Shown: piece by piece, positions 30,734 to 42,579 of the stretch
Numbering within the stretch: position 1 is the stretch's first letter
Layout: each line of letters starts with the position of its first letter
Source of the DNA: Alphaproteobacteria bacterium
GTDB lineage: Bacteria; Pseudomonadota; Alphaproteobacteria; MPNO01; UBA830
Length of the DNA stretch: 64,000 nt
Assembly (NCBI GenBank): GCA_965243135.1
Contig: OZ251539.1
Location: 2,016,001-2,080,000, forward strand
Direction: 5' to 3'
Position numbers and translations under genes: made by a program
The notes under the pieces: model-generated
Seen by the model: only the letters and a program-made list of their open reading frames with translations
Database searches by the model: none
Told to the model about the DNA's origin: nothing

Positions 30734-32656
30734 CTACCCCCGCGTCAACAGGTACCAGGTGAGGACGCCGGCCACGCCGGCGAGCATGGCGAAGGCGTAG
30801 TGGTAGAGGTAACCGGACTGGAGGGCGGCGGCCCGCCTGGCGAGGTGCCGCGCCGCCGCCGCGACGCCGTCCGGCCCGAGCCCGTCGATGATCGCTCCGT
30901 CGCCTTCCTTCCAGAGGTTCCGGCCCAACCTGTGGGCCGGACGGACGAACAGGCGGTCGTACAGTTCGTCGAAATACCACTTGTTCAGAAGAAACCGGTA
31001 GACCCGGCCGAAGCGCCGGGCGATCCACGCGGGCAATTCGGGATCGCGCATGTAGGCGTGCCAGGCCGCGAGAATGCCGAGGAAAGCCACGGCGACGGGC
31101 AACGCCTTCGCCCAGAACGGCGCATGATGCGCGGCGGCGATCGGGTCGGTTCCGGGCGTCACGAAAATCGACTCGCCCCAGAACGCCGCGCCGCCCGTGA
31201 AGCTTTCGTATCCGAGGAAGCCGGAGAACGCGGCGCCGAGCGCGAGGACCAGCAGCGGGATCAGCATGACCCGCGGCGATTCGTGGACATGCGCCAGCGT
31301 CGTCTCGTCGGCGCGGCTCTCGCCGTGGAAGGTCAGGAAGATCAGGCGCCACGAATAGAAGGCCGTGAGGAGGGCGGCGATCACGCCCGCCCAGAAGGCG
31401 TAGTGCCCGACCGCCGTATGCGCGCCGAACGCCGCCTCGATAATCAGGTCTTTCGAATAATACCCGGCCAGGAACGGCACGCCGGCGAGCGCCAGGCTCC
31501 CGACCCACATCAGGGCGTAGGTCGCGGGGATCATCCGCCAGATTCCGCCCATCTTGCGCATGTCCTGCTCCGCCGACATAGCATGGATCACGGAGCCCGC
31601 TCCGAGGAACAGCAGGGCCTTGAAGAACGCATGCGTGGTGAGATGGAAGATCCCGGCGGAATACGCGGAAACGCCGCAGGCGAAGAACATGTAGCCGAGC
31701 TGGCTGCAGGTGGAATAGGCGATGACGCGCTTGATGTCGGTCTGGCACAGCGCCACGGTGGCGGCGAACAGCGCCGTGGTCGCGCCGACGATCGCGACCA
31801 TGTCGAGCGCGACGGGCGCGTGCTCGAAGAGCGGCGACAGCCGGGCGACCATGAAGACGCCCGCCGTCACCATCGTCGCGGCGTGGATCAGCGCGGAAAC
31901 CGGCGTCGGCCCCTCCATGGCGTCCGGCAGCCAGGTGTGAAGGCCGAGCTGCGCCGACTTGCCCATGGCGCCGACGAAAAGAAGGATGCAGAGCGCAGTC
32001 AGCGCGTGCATCTCGTAGCCGAGGAATCCGATCGTCGCGTCCGCCTTGCCGGGCGCCGCGGCGAATATCGCGTCGAAGGATATGGAATTGAAGACCAGGA
32101 ACACGCCCATGATGCCGAGCGCGAAGCCGAAATCGCCGATCCGGTTGACGATGAACGCCTTGATCGCCGCGGCGTTGGCTTCGGGCTTGTCGTACCAGAA
32201 TCCGATCAGAAGATAGGAGCACAGGCCGACGCCCTCCCAGCCGAAGAACAGCTGCAGCAGATTGTCGGCCGTCACGAGCACCAGCATGAAAAAGGTGAAC
32301 AGGCTCAGATAGGCCATGAACCGCGGGATATGGCGATCGTGGCTCATGTAGCCGACGGAATAAACGTGGACCATCGCGGACACGACCGTGACCACGAAGA
32401 CCATGACCGCCGTCAGCTGGTCGAAGCGCAGGGTCCAGCTCGCTTCGAACGCGCCCGAAGCGATCCACGGGAACAGCTCGACGGTTTGCGGCCTGCCCCC
32501 GAACGCGACTTCGAACAGGATCAGGCAGCCGATCGCCGCCGACAGCAGCATCGCGCCGCAGGTGACGAGCTGGGATCCCCGGTCGCCCAGCCAGCGCCCG
32601 CCGAAACCCGCGAGAACGGCGGCGATCAGCGGCAGGAATATGGCCAGCGCGTACAC
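30734..32656 (-). CDS. nuoL: NADH-quinone oxidoreductase subunit L
   Basis: [32 protein letters not shown]. Confidence 0.96.
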   Translation of the reverse strand: MYALAIFLPLIAAVLAGFGGRWLGDRGSQLVTCGAMLLSAAIGCLILFEVAFGGRPQTVELFPWIASGAFEASWTLRFDQLTAVMVFVVTVVSAMVHVYSVGYMSHDRHIPRFMAYLSLFTFFMLVLVTADNLLQLFFGWEGVGLCSYLLIGFWYDKPEANAAAIKAFIVNRIGDFGFALGIMGVFLVFNSISFDAIFAAAPGKADATIGFLGYEMHALTALCILLFVGAMGKSAQLGLHTWLPDAMEGPTPVSALIHAATMVTAGVFMVARLSPLFEHAPVALDMVAIVGATTALFAATVALCQTDIKRVIAYSTCSQLGYMFFACGVSAYSAGIFHLTTHAFFKALLFLGAGSVIHAMSAEQDMRKMGGIWRMIPATYALMWVGSLALAGVPFLAGYYSKDLIIEAAFGAHTAVGHYAFWAGVIAALLTAFYSWRLIFLTFHGESRADETTLAHVHESPRVMLIPLLVLALGAAFSGFLGYESFTGGAAFWGESIFVTPGTDPIAAAHHAPFWAKALPVAVAFLGILAAWHAYMRDPELPAWIARRFGRVYRFLLNKWYFDELYDRLFVRPAHRLGRNLWKEGDGAIIDGLGPDGVAAAARHLARRAAALQSGYLYHYAFAMLAGVAGVLTWYLLTRG

Positions 32657-32657
32657 G

Positions 32658-32963
32658 TCAACCCTTCATCAGGTTGATGTCTTCGACGGCGATGGAGCCG
32701 CGGTTGCGGAAATACACCACGATGACGGCAAGCCCGATCGCCGCTTCGGCGGCGGCGATCGCGAGCACGAGCAGCGCGAACACCTGCCCCGTCACGTCGC
32801 CGAGATGCACGGAAAAAGCCACGAGATTGATGTTGACCGCCAGAAGCAGAAGCTCGATCGACATCAGGATGACGATGACGTTCTTGCGATTGAGGAAGAT
32901 GCCGAACACGCCGAGCGTGAACAGGATCGCTGCGACCGTCAGGTAGTGCGGCAGGCCGGGCAC
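32658..32963 (-). CDS. nuoK: NADH-quinone oxidoreductase subunit K
   Basis: [24 protein letters not shown]. Confidence 0.95.
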   Translation of the reverse strand: MPGLPHYLTVAAILFTLGVFGIFLNRKNVIVILMSIELLLLAVNINLVAFSVHLGDVTGQVFALLVLAIAAAEAAIGLAVIVVYFRNRGSIAVEDINLMKG

Positions 32964-32964
32964 G

Positions 32965-33561
32965 TCAGACTCCGCTCCCCGGTTCCACCCGCCGGATTTC
33001 GACGGATTCCTCGCGCGTCCGGGACACCTGCCCGGCGATGCGCTGGCGCTTCACGCCGTCGCGCGACCGCAAGGTCAGCACGATGGCGCCGATCATGGCG
33101 ACGAGAAGGATCACGCCGGCCGCCTGGAAGAGATACACGTGATCGGTGTAGAGCACGTTGCCGATGGCGCGGGTATTGGTCGTCTCGCCCGCCCAGTCGG
33201 GCGGATACGCCGGTTCCGGCAGACCGCTGCCCAACGCCAGTATCAGTTCGGCCAGGAGCACCAGCCCGATCAGCGCGCCGGTCGGCAGGTACTGCAGGAA
33301 GCCTTGGCGCAGCTCGACGAAATTGATGTCGAGCATCATGACCACGAACAGGAACAGGACCGCGACCGCTCCGACGTAGACGATGACCAGGATCATCGCG
33401 ATGAACTCCGCTCCCATCAGCACGAAGAGGCCCGCCGCGTTGAAAAACGCGAGAATCAGGAACAGCACGGAATGCACCGGATTGCGCGCCGAGATGACCA
33501 TCACGCCGGAGGCCACGGCGACGGCGGCGAAAAGATAGAACGCGATGGCGGGTACGATCAT
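32965..33561 (-). CDS. nuoJ: NADH-quinone oxidoreductase subunit J
   Basis: [27 protein letters not shown]. Confidence 0.95.
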   Translation of the reverse strand: MIVPAIAFYLFAAVAVASGVMVISARNPVHSVLFLILAFFNAAGLFVLMGAEFIAMILVIVYVGAVAVLFLFVVMMLDINFVELRQGFLQYLPTGALIGLVLLAELILALGSGLPEPAYPPDWAGETTNTRAIGNVLYTDHVYLFQAAGVILLVAMIGAIVLTLRSRDGVKRQRIAGQVSRTREESVEIRRVEPGSGV

Positions 33562-33565
33562 GGGG

Positions 33566-34054
33566 TCACCTGTAGGGCGCGTCCGCCGACAGCCGCGCGG
33601 CGAGATGGCTTTCCCATCTGTCGCCGTTTTCGAGAAGCTTCTCCTTGTTGTAGATCAGCTCCTCGCGGGTCTCGGCGGCGAACTCGAAATTCGGGCCTTC
33701 GACGATCGCGTCGACGGGGCACGCCTCCTCGCAGAAACCGCAATAGATGCATTTCGTCATGTCGATGTCGTAGCGCGTGGTCCGGCGGCTGCCGTCGGCC
33801 CGCGGCTCGGCCTCTATGGTGATCGCCTGGGCCGGGCAGATCGCCTCGCACAGCTTGCAGGCGATGCAGCGCTCCTCGCCGCTGGGATAGCGCCGCAACG
33901 CGTGCTCGCCCCGGAAGCGCGGACTCAGCGGTCCCTTCTCGTAGGGGTAGTTCAGGGTGACCTTGGGCCGGAACATGTACCGCAACGTAAGCGCCAGCCC
34001 GGAAACCAGCTCCGTAAGCAGAAGCGCGCGCGTCGAGCGCTTGAAGAAAGCCAT
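33566..34054 (-). CDS. nuoI: NADH-quinone oxidoreductase subunit I
   Basis: two CxxCxxCxxxCP motifs. Confidence 0.96.
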   Translation of the reverse strand: MAFFKRSTRALLLTELVSGLALTLRYMFRPKVTLNYPYEKGPLSPRFRGEHALRRYPSGEERCIACKLCEAICPAQAITIEAEPRADGSRRTTRYDIDMTKCIYCGFCEEACPVDAIVEGPNFEFAAETREELIYNKEKLLENGDRWESHLAARLSADAPYR

Positions 34055-34057
34055 GGC

Positions 34058-35089
34058 CTATACCTCGCTTCCCGGAAGCCATCCGAACGCGACGAGCGCG
34101 CCCGCCGTAACCGCGACCCAAAGCAGGGAGAACGGCAGGAACACCTTCCAGCCGAGCCGCATCAACTGATCGTAGCGATAGCGCGGAAACGTCGCCCTCA
34201 CCCACAGGAAAACGAACAGGCACAGGGCGATCTTGGCGGCGAACCAGACGACGCCGGGAACCCACGTGAAAGGCTCCGCGTCGAAGGGCGGCAGCCAGCC
34301 GCCCAGGAACAGCACCGTGGTCAGGCCGCTCATCAGGATCATGTTCGCGTATTCGCCGAGGAAGAAGAGCGCAAAAGTCATCGACGAATACTCGACATTG
34401 TATCCCGCCACCAGTTCCGCCTCCGCCTCCGGCAGATCGAACGGATGGCGATTGGTCTCGGCCAGCGCCGACGCGAGAAAGATGACGAACATCGGCAGCA
34501 GCGGCAGCCAGAACCAGCTCCAGAACCCCGGGCCTTCCTGCGCGAGCACGATATCCGTGAGGTTCAGCGAACCGGCGCACAGCAGAACCGTGATGATCAC
34601 GAAGCCGATCGCAACTTCGTAGGAGACCATCTGCGCCGCCGAACGCAACGCGCCGAGAAAGGCGTATTTCGAGTTGCTCGCCCAACCCGCCATGATGATG
34701 CCGTACACCCCCAGCGACGAAATCGCGAAGATGTAGAGGATGCCGACGTTGATGTCGGAGAGGACCCAGCCGGCGTCGAACGGAATGACGGCCCACGCGA
34801 TCAGGCTGAGGACGAACGTCAGGATCGGCGCAAGCAGGAATATGACGCGGTTCGCCCCCGACGGCACCACCGTCTCCTTGACCAGGAGCTTGAGTCCGTC
34901 GGCGACCGGCTGCAGGAGGCCGAACGGCCCCACGACGTTGGGGCCCTTCCGGAGCTGCATCGCGGCGATGACCTTGCGCTCGGCGAACGTCAGATAGGCG
35001 ACGGCCCCCATCAGAGGCACGACGATCAGCAGGATCTGGGCGACGATGACGATTCCGGGCCAGAGGTACCCGTCCCAGAGTTCAATCAT
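34058..35089 (-). CDS. nuoH: NADH-quinone oxidoreductase subunit H
   Basis: [29 protein letters not shown]. Confidence 0.96.
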   Translation of the reverse strand: MIELWDGYLWPGIVIVAQILLIVVPLMGAVAYLTFAERKVIAAMQLRKGPNVVGPFGLLQPVADGLKLLVKETVVPSGANRVIFLLAPILTFVLSLIAWAVIPFDAGWVLSDINVGILYIFAISSLGVYGIIMAGWASNSKYAFLGALRSAAQMVSYEVAIGFVIITVLLCAGSLNLTDIVLAQEGPGFWSWFWLPLLPMFVIFLASALAETNRHPFDLPEAEAELVAGYNVEYSSMTFALFFLGEYANMILMSGLTTVLFLGGWLPPFDAEPFTWVPGVVWFAAKIALCLFVFLWVRATFPRYRYDQLMRLGWKVFLPFSLLWVAVTAGALVAFGWLPGSEV

Positions 35090-37127
35090 CGCCGGACGTT
35101 CCGAACGCGCTCGAGCAAGCCGCCATCGTCGGCGACGCGCGGGAAACCGGATCGGTCATGTAAAAGTTCCGCATCGCGATCCGGAAAGGCTCGGAATCCA
35201 GATTTCCGGGAGCGCCGAACGCGGTCCACGGCGCGGGTTCGACGACGTCGAGCCTCCCGAGCGGCGGCGCGATCTCGGCCATGCGCGCGCGCAACTCGCC
35301 GAGCGTGTCGAAGGCGAGCGTCTTTCCCAGCGCTTCGGAAAGCGCCCGCAGCACCTTCCAGTCGTCGCGCGCGTCGCCGGGCGGGAACACGGCGCGCCGA
35401 CCCCGCTGCGCCCGGCCCTCCGTATTGACCCAGGTGCCCTCCTTCTCCGTATAGGCCGCGCCCGGAAGGACGACGTCGGCCGCCTCCGCTCCGGCGTCGC
35501 CGTGATGGCCCTGATAGACCACGAAAGCGTCGGCCAGTTTGGAAACGTCGATTTCGTCGGCCGCCAGGAGATAGACGAAGCCGATCTTCCCGGCCGCGGC
35601 GCCGTCCAGAATTCCCGCGACGTCCCTGCCGCCCGGGCCGGGCGTCAGCCCGAGATCGAGCCCCGCGACCCGCGCCGCCGCCGCGTGCAGGACGTTGAAG
35701 CCGTTCCACTCGTCGACCACCATGCCGCAGGATACGGCGACCTCGCGCGCGGTCCACAGGACGGCCTCGCCGTCGTCGCGGGCAAGCGCGCCCTGGCCGA
35801 GAACCAGCATGGGGCGCCGGGCCCGCTCGAGAATTCCGGCGAAGGGGTGCGAGCCTCCGGCGATCTCCGCAAGAACGCCGGGGTTCGCGCCGAGGCGCTC
35901 GTAGCCATAGGTCAGATCCGTCGCCTCGCCGACGAGGCCGACCGCGAAGCCGCCGGCCAGGCTGCGCTTGCGCAGGCGGGCGTTGACGATCGGCGCTTCG
36001 CGGCGCGGGTCGGCGCCGATCAGCAAGCAGGCGTCCGCATCCTCGATGCCGGCTATGGTGGTATTGAACGTGTACGCGGCCCTGGTTTTCGCCGGCAGCC
36101 GCGCTCCGTCCTGCCGGCAATCGACGTTGGGCGAGCCGAGCGCCGTCATCAGCTCCTTCAGCGCCGTCATCGATTCGGCGTCGCACTGGTCGCCGGCGAG
36201 GGCGGCGATCCGGGAGCCGTCCATGCCCCGCAGCCTGTCCGCGATCGCGTCGAAAGCGTCCCGCCAGGTCGCCGGCCGCAACTTGCCCGCTTTCCGCACG
36301 TAAGGACGGTCGAGTCGCTGGCGCGCCAGGCCGTCGCAAGCGTGGCGGGTCTTGTCGGAGATCCATTCCTCGTTGATCTCCTCGTTGAGAGCCGGAAGCA
36401 CCCGCAGCACCTCGCGGCCCCGGCTGTCGATCCGGATGTTGCTGCCGACCGCGTCCATGACGTCGACGGACTCCGTCCGCGTCAGCTCCCACGACCGCGC
36501 CGCGAAGGCGTAGGGCTTGGACGTCAGGGCTCCGACCGGACAGAGATCGACGATGTTGCCCGACAGCTCCGACGCGATCGTCCGCTCCACGTAAGTGCCG
36601 ACTTCCATGTGCTCGCCGCGGCCGGTCGCTCCCAGCACCTCGACGCCCGCCACTTCGGTCGAGAAGCGGATGCAGCGCGTGCAGTGAATGCAACGCGTCA
36701 TGTGGGTTTCGATCAACGGCCCGAGGTTCTTGTCCTGCACGGCCCTCTTGTTCTCGGCGTAACGCGACCGGTCGTAGCCGTAGGCCATCGCCTGATCCTG
36801 GAGGTCGCACTCGCCCCCCTGGTCGCATATCGGACAGTCGAGAGGATGGTTGATCAGCAGGAACTCCATCACGCCGTTGCGCGCCTTCCGGACCATCTCC
36901 GTGTCCGTGCGGATCACCATCCCGTCTCCGGCCGGCATGGCGCAGGACGCGATCGGCTTGGGCGCGCGCTCCATCTCGACGAGGCACATGCGGCAGTTGC
37001 CCGCGACCGACAGGCGTTCGTGATAGCAGAAGCGCGGGATTTCGAGGCCCGCCTGCTCGCAGGCCTGCAGGACGGTGACGCCGTTCGCGACCTCAATCTC
37101 GGCGCCGTCGATGGTGAGTGTCGGCAT
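35082..37127 (-). CDS. nuoG: NADH-quinone oxidoreductase subunit G
   Basis: [31 protein letters not shown]; start at MPTLTIDG. Confidence 0.96.
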   Translation of the reverse strand: MPTLTIDGAEIEVANGVTVLQACEQAGLEIPRFCYHERLSVAGNCRMCLVEMERAPKPIASCAMPAGDGMVIRTDTEMVRKARNGVMEFLLINHPLDCPICDQGGECDLQDQAMAYGYDRSRYAENKRAVQDKNLGPLIETHMTRCIHCTRCIRFSTEVAGVEVLGATGRGEHMEVGTYVERTIASELSGNIVDLCPVGALTSKPYAFAARSWELTRTESVDVMDAVGSNIRIDSRGREVLRVLPALNEEINEEWISDKTRHACDGLARQRLDRPYVRKAGKLRPATWRDAFDAIADRLRGMDGSRIAALAGDQCDAESMTALKELMTALGSPNVDCRQDGARLPAKTRAAYTFNTTIAGIEDADACLLIGADPRREAPIVNARLRKRSLAGGFAVGLVGEATDLTYGYERLGANPGVLAEIAGGSHPFAGILERARRPMLVLGQGALARDDGEAVLWTAREVAVSCGMVVDEWNGFNVLHAAAARVAGLDLGLTPGPGGRDVAGILDGAAAGKIGFVYLLAADEIDVSKLADAFVVYQGHHGDAGAEAADVVLPGAAYTEKEGTWVNTEGRAQRGRRAVFPPGDARDDWKVLRALSEALGKTLAFDTLGELRARMAEIAPPLGRLDVVEPAPWTAFGAPGNLDSEPFRIAMRNFYMTDPVSRASPTMAACSSAFGTSGDD

Positions 37128-37138
37128 GCCTCTTCCCT

Positions 37139-38407
37139 TCAGGCCGCGCGCCGGGCTATCCGGTCTTCGATCTCGTCCCGGAAGTGCCGGATCAGGCCCT
37201 GAACCGGCCATGCGGCCGCATCCCCCAAAGCGCAGATCGTGTGGCCTTCGATCTCATGGGAGACGTCCAGCAGCATGTCGATTTCCGCGGACTCCGCCTC
37301 GCCCCTCACGAGCCGCTCCATGACCCGCCACATCCAGCCCGTGCCTTCGCGGCAGGGCGTGCACTGGCCGCAGCTCTCGTGCTTGTAGAACTTCGAAAGC
37401 CGGGCGATGGCCGCGATCACGTCCGTCGACCGGTCCATGACGATGACGGCGGCGGTGCCGAGCCCGGACTTCGCCTCCCGCAGCGCGTCGAAGTCCATCA
37501 GGACGGCGTCGCAGACGGATTTGGGAATGAGCGGAACCGAGGCGCCGCCGGGAATGACGGCCTTCAGATTGCTCCAGCCGCCGCGCACGCCGCCTGCGTG
37601 GCGCTCGACGAGCTCCTTCAGCGGGATGCTCATCTCCTCCTCGACGTTGCAAGGCCGCTCGACGTGGCCGGATATGCAGAAGATCTTGGTTCCCGTGTTG
37701 TTTTCCCGGCCGAAGCCCGAAAACCAGGACGCGCCGCGCCGGCAGATCGCGGGAGCGACCGCGATGGTCTCGACGTTGTTGATGGTCGTCGGACAGCCGT
37801 AGAGGCCGGCGGCCGCGGGAAAAGGCGGCTTGATTCGCGGCTGCCCTTTCTTGCCTTCGAGGCTTTCGAGAAGGGCGGTTTCTTCGCCGCAGATGTAGGC
37901 GCCCGCGCCTCGATGCACGTGGACTTCGAAATCGTATCCCGAACCGCAGGCGTTGCGGCCGATAAGCCCGGCGTCGCGCGCCTCGTCCACGGCGCCCTGC
38001 AGCCTCTCGGCTTCGCGGAAGAACTCGCCCCGCACGTAGACGTACGCGGCGACCGCGCCCATCGCGAAGCCGGCGATCAAGCAGCCCTCGACGAGCTTGT
38101 GCGGATCGTGCCGCAGTATATCGCGATCCTTGCAGGTGCCGGGTTCGGACTCGTCGGCGTTCACCACGAGGTAGGCGGGCCGCCCGTCCGACTCCTTCGG
38201 CATGAACGACCACTTGAGGCCGGCGGGAAAGCCTGCGCCGCCGCGGCCCCGCAGTCCGGAATCCTTGACCTCGTTGACGATCCAGTCCCGTCCCTTCGCA
38301 AGAATTCCCGCAGTGCCGTCCCAGTCGCCGCGCTTGCGCGCGGCCTCCAGCCGCCAGTCCTCGAAACCGTACAGGTTGGTGAAGATCCGGTCCTTGTCGG
38401 TCAGCAT
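37139..38407 (-). CDS. nuoF: NADH-quinone oxidoreductase subunit F
   Basis: [33 protein letters not shown]. Confidence 0.96.
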   Translation of the reverse strand: MLTDKDRIFTNLYGFEDWRLEAARKRGDWDGTAGILAKGRDWIVNEVKDSGLRGRGGAGFPAGLKWSFMPKESDGRPAYLVVNADESEPGTCKDRDILRHDPHKLVEGCLIAGFAMGAVAAYVYVRGEFFREAERLQGAVDEARDAGLIGRNACGSGYDFEVHVHRGAGAYICGEETALLESLEGKKGQPRIKPPFPAAAGLYGCPTTINNVETIAVAPAICRRGASWFSGFGRENNTGTKIFCISGHVERPCNVEEEMSIPLKELVERHAGGVRGGWSNLKAVIPGGASVPLIPKSVCDAVLMDFDALREAKSGLGTAAVIVMDRSTDVIAAIARLSKFYKHESCGQCTPCREGTGWMWRVMERLVRGEAESAEIDMLLDVSHEIEGHTICALGDAAAWPVQGLIRHFRDEIEDRIARRAA

Positions 38408-38997
38408 CCCGCCTTCTTCCCGCCGGACGGCGCCAGCGCCGTCAGTTCGCCCTCCGGTTCCGAAGCCTTTCGCCCCGCCATCGATCCCGGCGGCGGCCGT
38501 TCGCCGCGACGGAGCGTCCGAATCAACTCCCGCGCGCCGTCGGGGTCGACGTCTTCGAAATAGTCGTCGTCGATCCACAAGACGGGCGCATTCACGCAGG
38601 CGCCCAGGCACTCGAACTCGCTCAACGCGGCCAGGCCGTCGGCCGCTATCCCGCCGACGCGGCATCCGAGCTCGTCCTCGCAGGCCTCGACGATCGCGGC
38701 GCTTCCTCTGAGCCAGCAAGGCGTCGTCGTGCATACGCGGACTTCGTGCCGTCCCCGCGGGGCGTCGTGGAACATCTCGTAGAACGTGACCACTTCGTAG
38801 ACCCGGATCGGAGCCATGTCGAGGAGTTCCGCCACCCGGTCCATCGCCGCGCGCGGCAGCCAGCCGCCGCACTGGCGCTGGGCGAGATCGAGAAGCGGCA
38901 GCACGGCGCTCGCCTTCCTCTCCGGCGGATACTTGGCGACGTGCATCTCCGCGAGCCGGCGGTTCTCCTCGTCGAAGGAGAAGGTTTCCCGGCTCAT
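38401..38997 (-). CDS. nuoE: NADH-quinone oxidoreductase subunit E
   Basis: [20 protein letters not shown]. Confidence 0.95.
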   Translation of the reverse strand: MSRETFSFDEENRRLAEMHVAKYPPERKASAVLPLLDLAQRQCGGWLPRAAMDRVAELLDMAPIRVYEVVTFYEMFHDAPRGRHEVRVCTTTPCWLRGSAAIVEACEDELGCRVGGIAADGLAALSEFECLGACVNAPVLWIDDDYFEDVDPDGARELIRTLRRGERPPPGSMAGRKASEPEGELTALAPSGGKKAGC

Positions 38998-40166
38998 CGG
39001 TCGATCTCGCCGAACACGATGTCCATCGACCCCACGATCGCCACCATGTCGGCCAGCATGTGCCCTTTCGACAGAAATTCCGTCGCCTGCAGAAACGCGA
39101 ATCCGGGCGCGCGAATCTTGCAGCGATAGGGCCGGTTCGTGCCGTCCGCCACGAGAAAGACGCCGAACTCCCCCTTCGGGGCCTCCACGGCAGTGTAGGT
39201 CTCCCCCGCCGGCACGCGATAACCCTCCGTGTAGAGCTTGAAGTGGTGGATGAGCGCTTCCATGGACCGCTTCATTTCCTTGCGGTCCGGCGGCGAGATC
39301 TTCTGGTCGCGCGCGCGGACCGGTCCCTCGGGCAGTTCGGCGAGGCACTGCCTGACGATCCGCAGGCTCTGGCGCATCTCCTCGATGCGGACCAGATAGC
39401 GGTCGAAGCAGTCGCCGTTCTTCCCGACCGGCACGTCGAAATCCATCCGGGCGTAGACGTCGTAAGGCTGCGCCTTGCGCAGGTCCCACGGCACGCCGCT
39501 GGCCCGCAACATCGGTCCCGAGAACCCCCAGTCCAGCGCGTCGTCCTTGCCGACGACGCCGACGTCCACCGTCCTCTGGCGAAAAATCCGGTTTTCGGTA
39601 AGCAGCGACTCGACGTCGTCGATAACGCTCGGAAAACCGTCGCAGAACGCGGCGATGTCGTCCGTCAGCCCCGCCGGCAGGTCGCGGTGCACGCCCCCCG
39701 GCCTGAAGTAGGCCGCATGCAGCCGGGCCCCGGAAACGCGTTCGTAGAACTCCATCAGTTTTTCGCGTTCCTCGAAACCCCAAAGCAGCGGCGTCATGGC
39801 TCCGACGTCGAGAGCGAACGCGCTGACGTTGAGGATATGGTTCAGAAGGCGCGTGATCTCGCTGAACAACACCCTGACGTACTGGCCGCGCGGCGGCACT
39901 TCGATTCCGGCGAGCTTTTCGACGGCGAGCGCGAAGGCGTGCTCCTGGCACATCGGCGAGACGTAATCGAGCCGGTCGAAATAAGGGACCGCCTGCAGGT
40001 AGGTCTTGTATTCGATGAGCTTTTCCGTTCCCCGATGAAGCAGCCCGATGTGAGGGTCGCATCTCTCGACGGTCTCGCCGTCCATTTCGACCACGAGCCG
40101 CAACACGCCGTGAGCCGCGGGATGCTGCGGCCCGAAATTCATCGTCAGGTTCTTGACCTCGGTCAT
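38994..40166 (-). CDS. nuoD: NADH-quinone oxidoreductase subunit D
   Basis: [24 protein letters not shown]. Confidence 0.96.
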   Translation of the reverse strand: MTEVKNLTMNFGPQHPAAHGVLRLVVEMDGETVERCDPHIGLLHRGTEKLIEYKTYLQAVPYFDRLDYVSPMCQEHAFALAVEKLAGIEVPPRGQYVRVLFSEITRLLNHILNVSAFALDVGAMTPLLWGFEEREKLMEFYERVSGARLHAAYFRPGGVHRDLPAGLTDDIAAFCDGFPSVIDDVESLLTENRIFRQRTVDVGVVGKDDALDWGFSGPMLRASGVPWDLRKAQPYDVYARMDFDVPVGKNGDCFDRYLVRIEEMRQSLRIVRQCLAELPEGPVRARDQKISPPDRKEMKRSMEALIHHFKLYTEGYRVPAGETYTAVEAPKGEFGVFLVADGTNRPYRCKIRAPGFAFLQATEFLSKGHMLADMVAIVGSMDIVFGEIDR

Positions 40167-40762
40167 CGGCCGGCGCCGTCCGCCTTTTCGTCGCCCGGAA
40201 GGCCCTCCCAGGGGCTGGTGAAATCGAAGTTCCGGAAATCCTGAACCAGGCTCACCGGCTCGTAGACGACGCTCTTCCGCTCCTCGTCGTAGCGCACCTC
40301 GACGTAGCCAGTCAGCGGGAAATCCTTGCGCAGCGGATGGCCTTCGAAGCCGTAATCGGTGAGCATGCGCCGAAGGTCCGGATGCCCGCTGAAGCGGACG
40401 CCGAACATGTCCCACACCTCGCGTTCGAACCATCCGGCGGCGCTGTAGCAGGCCACCGCCGACGGAACCGGGGTCTCCTCGCCGGCCGCCACCTTGACCC
40501 GGACGCGCTGATTGTGCGCCAGGCTCAACAGGTTGTAGACGACGTCGAACCGTTCCTCGCGTTCCGGACGGTCCACCGCCGTCACGTCGACCAGCATCTT
40601 GAACAGGCAGTTCGCGTCGTCGCGCAGAAACTTCAGCGCCGCCGGCAGCTGCTCGCGGGCGCAGCGCAGCGCCAACTCTCCGCGCGAGATGGAGCTGGAC
40701 TGGAAGGCCGTCCCGGCTTTGCCGGAGACGTATTCCGCCAATTCGACGAGCGCTTCGTCCAT
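40163..40762 (-). CDS. nuoC: NADH-quinone oxidoreductase subunit C
   Basis: [21 protein letters not shown]. Confidence 0.96.
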   Translation of the reverse strand: MDEALVELAEYVSGKAGTAFQSSSISRGELALRCAREQLPAALKFLRDDANCLFKMLVDVTAVDRPEREERFDVVYNLLSLAHNQRVRVKVAAGEETPVPSAVACYSAAGWFEREVWDMFGVRFSGHPDLRRMLTDYGFEGHPLRKDFPLTGYVEVRYDEERKSVVYEPVSLVQDFRNFDFTSPWEGLPGDEKADGAGR

Positions 40763-40773
40763 TTCCGCCCTTC

Positions 40774-41280
40774 CTACCGCGCGACGGTGCTAGTGCGCCT
40801 GATTTTCTTCTGCAACTGAAGAATGCCGTAGAGCAGCGCCTCGGCCGTCGGCGGACAGCCGGGCACGTAGACGTCGACCGGCACGATCCTGTCGCAGCCG
40901 CGCACGACGGAATAGGAATAGTGGTAGTAGCCGCCGCCGTTGGCGCAGCTGCCCATCGAGATCACCCAGCGCGGCTCGGCCATCTGGTCGTAGACCTTGC
41001 GCAACGCGGGCGCCATCTTGTTCGTCAGCGTGCCGGCGACGATCATCACGTCGGATTGCCGGGGGCTCGGACGGAACACGACTCCGAACCGGTCGAGATC
41101 GTAGCGGCTGGCCGCCGTATGCATCATTTCCACGGCGCAGCAGGCGAGGCCGAACGTCATCGGCCAGAGCGATCCCGACTGGGCCCACGAAACGAGCTTG
41201 TCCATCCGGGTGACGAGAAAGCCCTTGTCGCCGAGTTCGTTCGCGAGGCCGTGCGCGGCCGGGCCGGAGTCTATTCCCAT
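40774..41280 (-). CDS. nuoB: NADH-quinone oxidoreductase subunit B
   Basis: [24 protein letters not shown]. Confidence 0.96.
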   Translation of the reverse strand: MGIDSGPAAHGLANELGDKGFLVTRMDKLVSWAQSGSLWPMTFGLACCAVEMMHTAASRYDLDRFGVVFRPSPRQSDVMIVAGTLTNKMAPALRKVYDQMAEPRWVISMGSCANGGGYYHYSYSVVRGCDRIVPVDVYVPGCPPTAEALLYGILQLQKKIRRTSTVAR

Positions 41281-41636
41281 TCGAGAGCGCCCTTTCTCCA
41301 TTCGTAGGCGAACCCTACGGTCAGCACGCCCAGGAACGCCATCATCGACCAGAAGCCGAACGCGCCGATGTCCGACAGGGAAACCGCCCAGGGAAAAAGA
41401 AAGGCGATTTCGAGGTCGAAAACGATGAACAGGATGGCCACGAGATAGAATCTCACGTCGAACTGCCCGCGCGCGTCGTCGAACGCGTCGAAGCCGCATT
41501 CGTAAGCGGACGCCTTTTCCGGATCGGGACGCTGGCGCGCGACGATCCAGGAAGCGACGAGCGCCGCGACCGCGAGGCCGACCGCGATCCCGATGAAGAT
41601 CAGGATCGGCAAGTATTCGAGCATCATGCCTTCCAT
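41271..41636 (-). CDS. nuoA: NADH-quinone oxidoreductase subunit A
   Basis: [28 protein letters not shown]. Confidence 0.96.
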   Translation of the reverse strand: MEGMMLEYLPILIFIGIAVGLAVAALVASWIVARQRPDPEKASAYECGFDAFDDARGQFDVRFYLVAILFIVFDLEIAFLFPWAVSLSDIGAFGFWSMMAFLGVLTVGFAYEWRKGALEWE

Positions 41637-41757
41637 GCGAAAGCCCCGGAGGCGGCGGGCCGACGGCCGCCCGCGACCCGCTTTATACGTTCAACGGCAC
41701 GGAAACTCAAAAGCATGGGAAAGGCGCGCGCACTTGCGCGACGACGCTCCGGCGGAG

Positions 41758-41835
41758 TGGCGGGAGTGACGGGACTCGAACCCGCGGCCTCTGGCGTGAC
41801 AGGCCAGCGCTCTAACCAAACTGAGCTACACCCCC
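41758..41835 (-). tRNA. tRNA-Asp(GTC)
   Basis: GGGGGTGTAGCTCAG...CTGTCAC...GGTTCGAGTCC...CGCCA cloverleaf with encoded CCA. Confidence 0.95.
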
Positions 41836-41889
41836 TGCGGGAGAGCCAGATCTAGTCCTTTCCGTTCGGGGCGTCAATGCCGACGGCCA

Positions 41890-41965
41890 TGGTGGGCGGT
41901 GACGGGATCGAACCGCCGACCTACGCGGTGTAAACGCGTCGCTCTTCCATCTGAGCTAACCGCCC
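41890..41965 (-). tRNA. tRNA-Val(TAC)
   Basis: GGGCGGTTAGCTCAG...TTTACAC...GGTTCGATCC...ACCA. Confidence 0.95.
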
Positions 41966-41998
41966 GGAACATGACGTCCCGAAGGAACCGCGAGGCGG

Positions 41999-42271
41999 CT
42001 AGCGCACGGCTTCCTTGAGAGGCTTGCCCGGCTTGAACTTGGGCTGGCGGGACGCCGGAACCTGAATGACCTCGCCGGTCTGCGGGTTGCGGCCGGTCGA
42101 CGCCTTGCGATCGACGACGGAAAACGTCCCGAAACCGACGAGGCGCACTTCGTCGCCCTTGCCGAGCGCGTTCTTTATGGAATCGAACACGGCATCGACA
42201 GCGTCCGCCGCATCGGCCTTGGTGAGGGAGGAGAGTTCGGCTACGGAAGCCACGAGATCGTTCTTGTTCAC
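41999..42271 (-). CDS. hup: DNA-binding protein HU
   Basis: NKNDLV...GFGTF...GRNPQTG...PKFKPGK; GTG start at 42271. Confidence 0.95.
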   Translation of the reverse strand: MNKNDLVASVAELSSLTKADAADAVDAVFDSIKNALGKGDEVRLVGFGTFSVVDRKASTGRNPQTGEVIQVPASRQPKFKPGKPLKEAVR

Positions 42272-42579
42272 GGCATACCCTTTCGACATAACCAGCGAAA
42301 CGACCAACTCATCCTGAAGCCGGAGCGTGGCCACCTTCGCTTCATCAAAGTGTAACGACCGACTTCCGTTAGCGTCAATCGTAAAAAATCTCTATTTTTC
42401 AGCTAATTGGCGGCGATTCGTTTCGAATCGAGCCTACCGATTCGTTTTTCGGTCCAAGAAGCTCTCGTCCGAACCGACTTTCCGGCGCTTCGCCGACGCC
42501 GGAAAAAAGCGCCGCCGACGCGCCTGGAAGCGGCGGCTCGCCCGCGCCGCCCGGCGGCGGTCGGCCCGCACCCGAACCT

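Noticed and set aside
27780-32468. 1562-aa ORF and other long Arg/Ala-rich or antisense ORFs across the nuo, lon and xdh regions
   Set aside because: High-GC off-frame artefacts; only the C-terminal 479 aa (NuoN) is real.
42478-42510. Intrinsic terminator after lon
   Set aside because: A hairpin is present, but the T-tract precedes rather than follows it on the transcribed strand.
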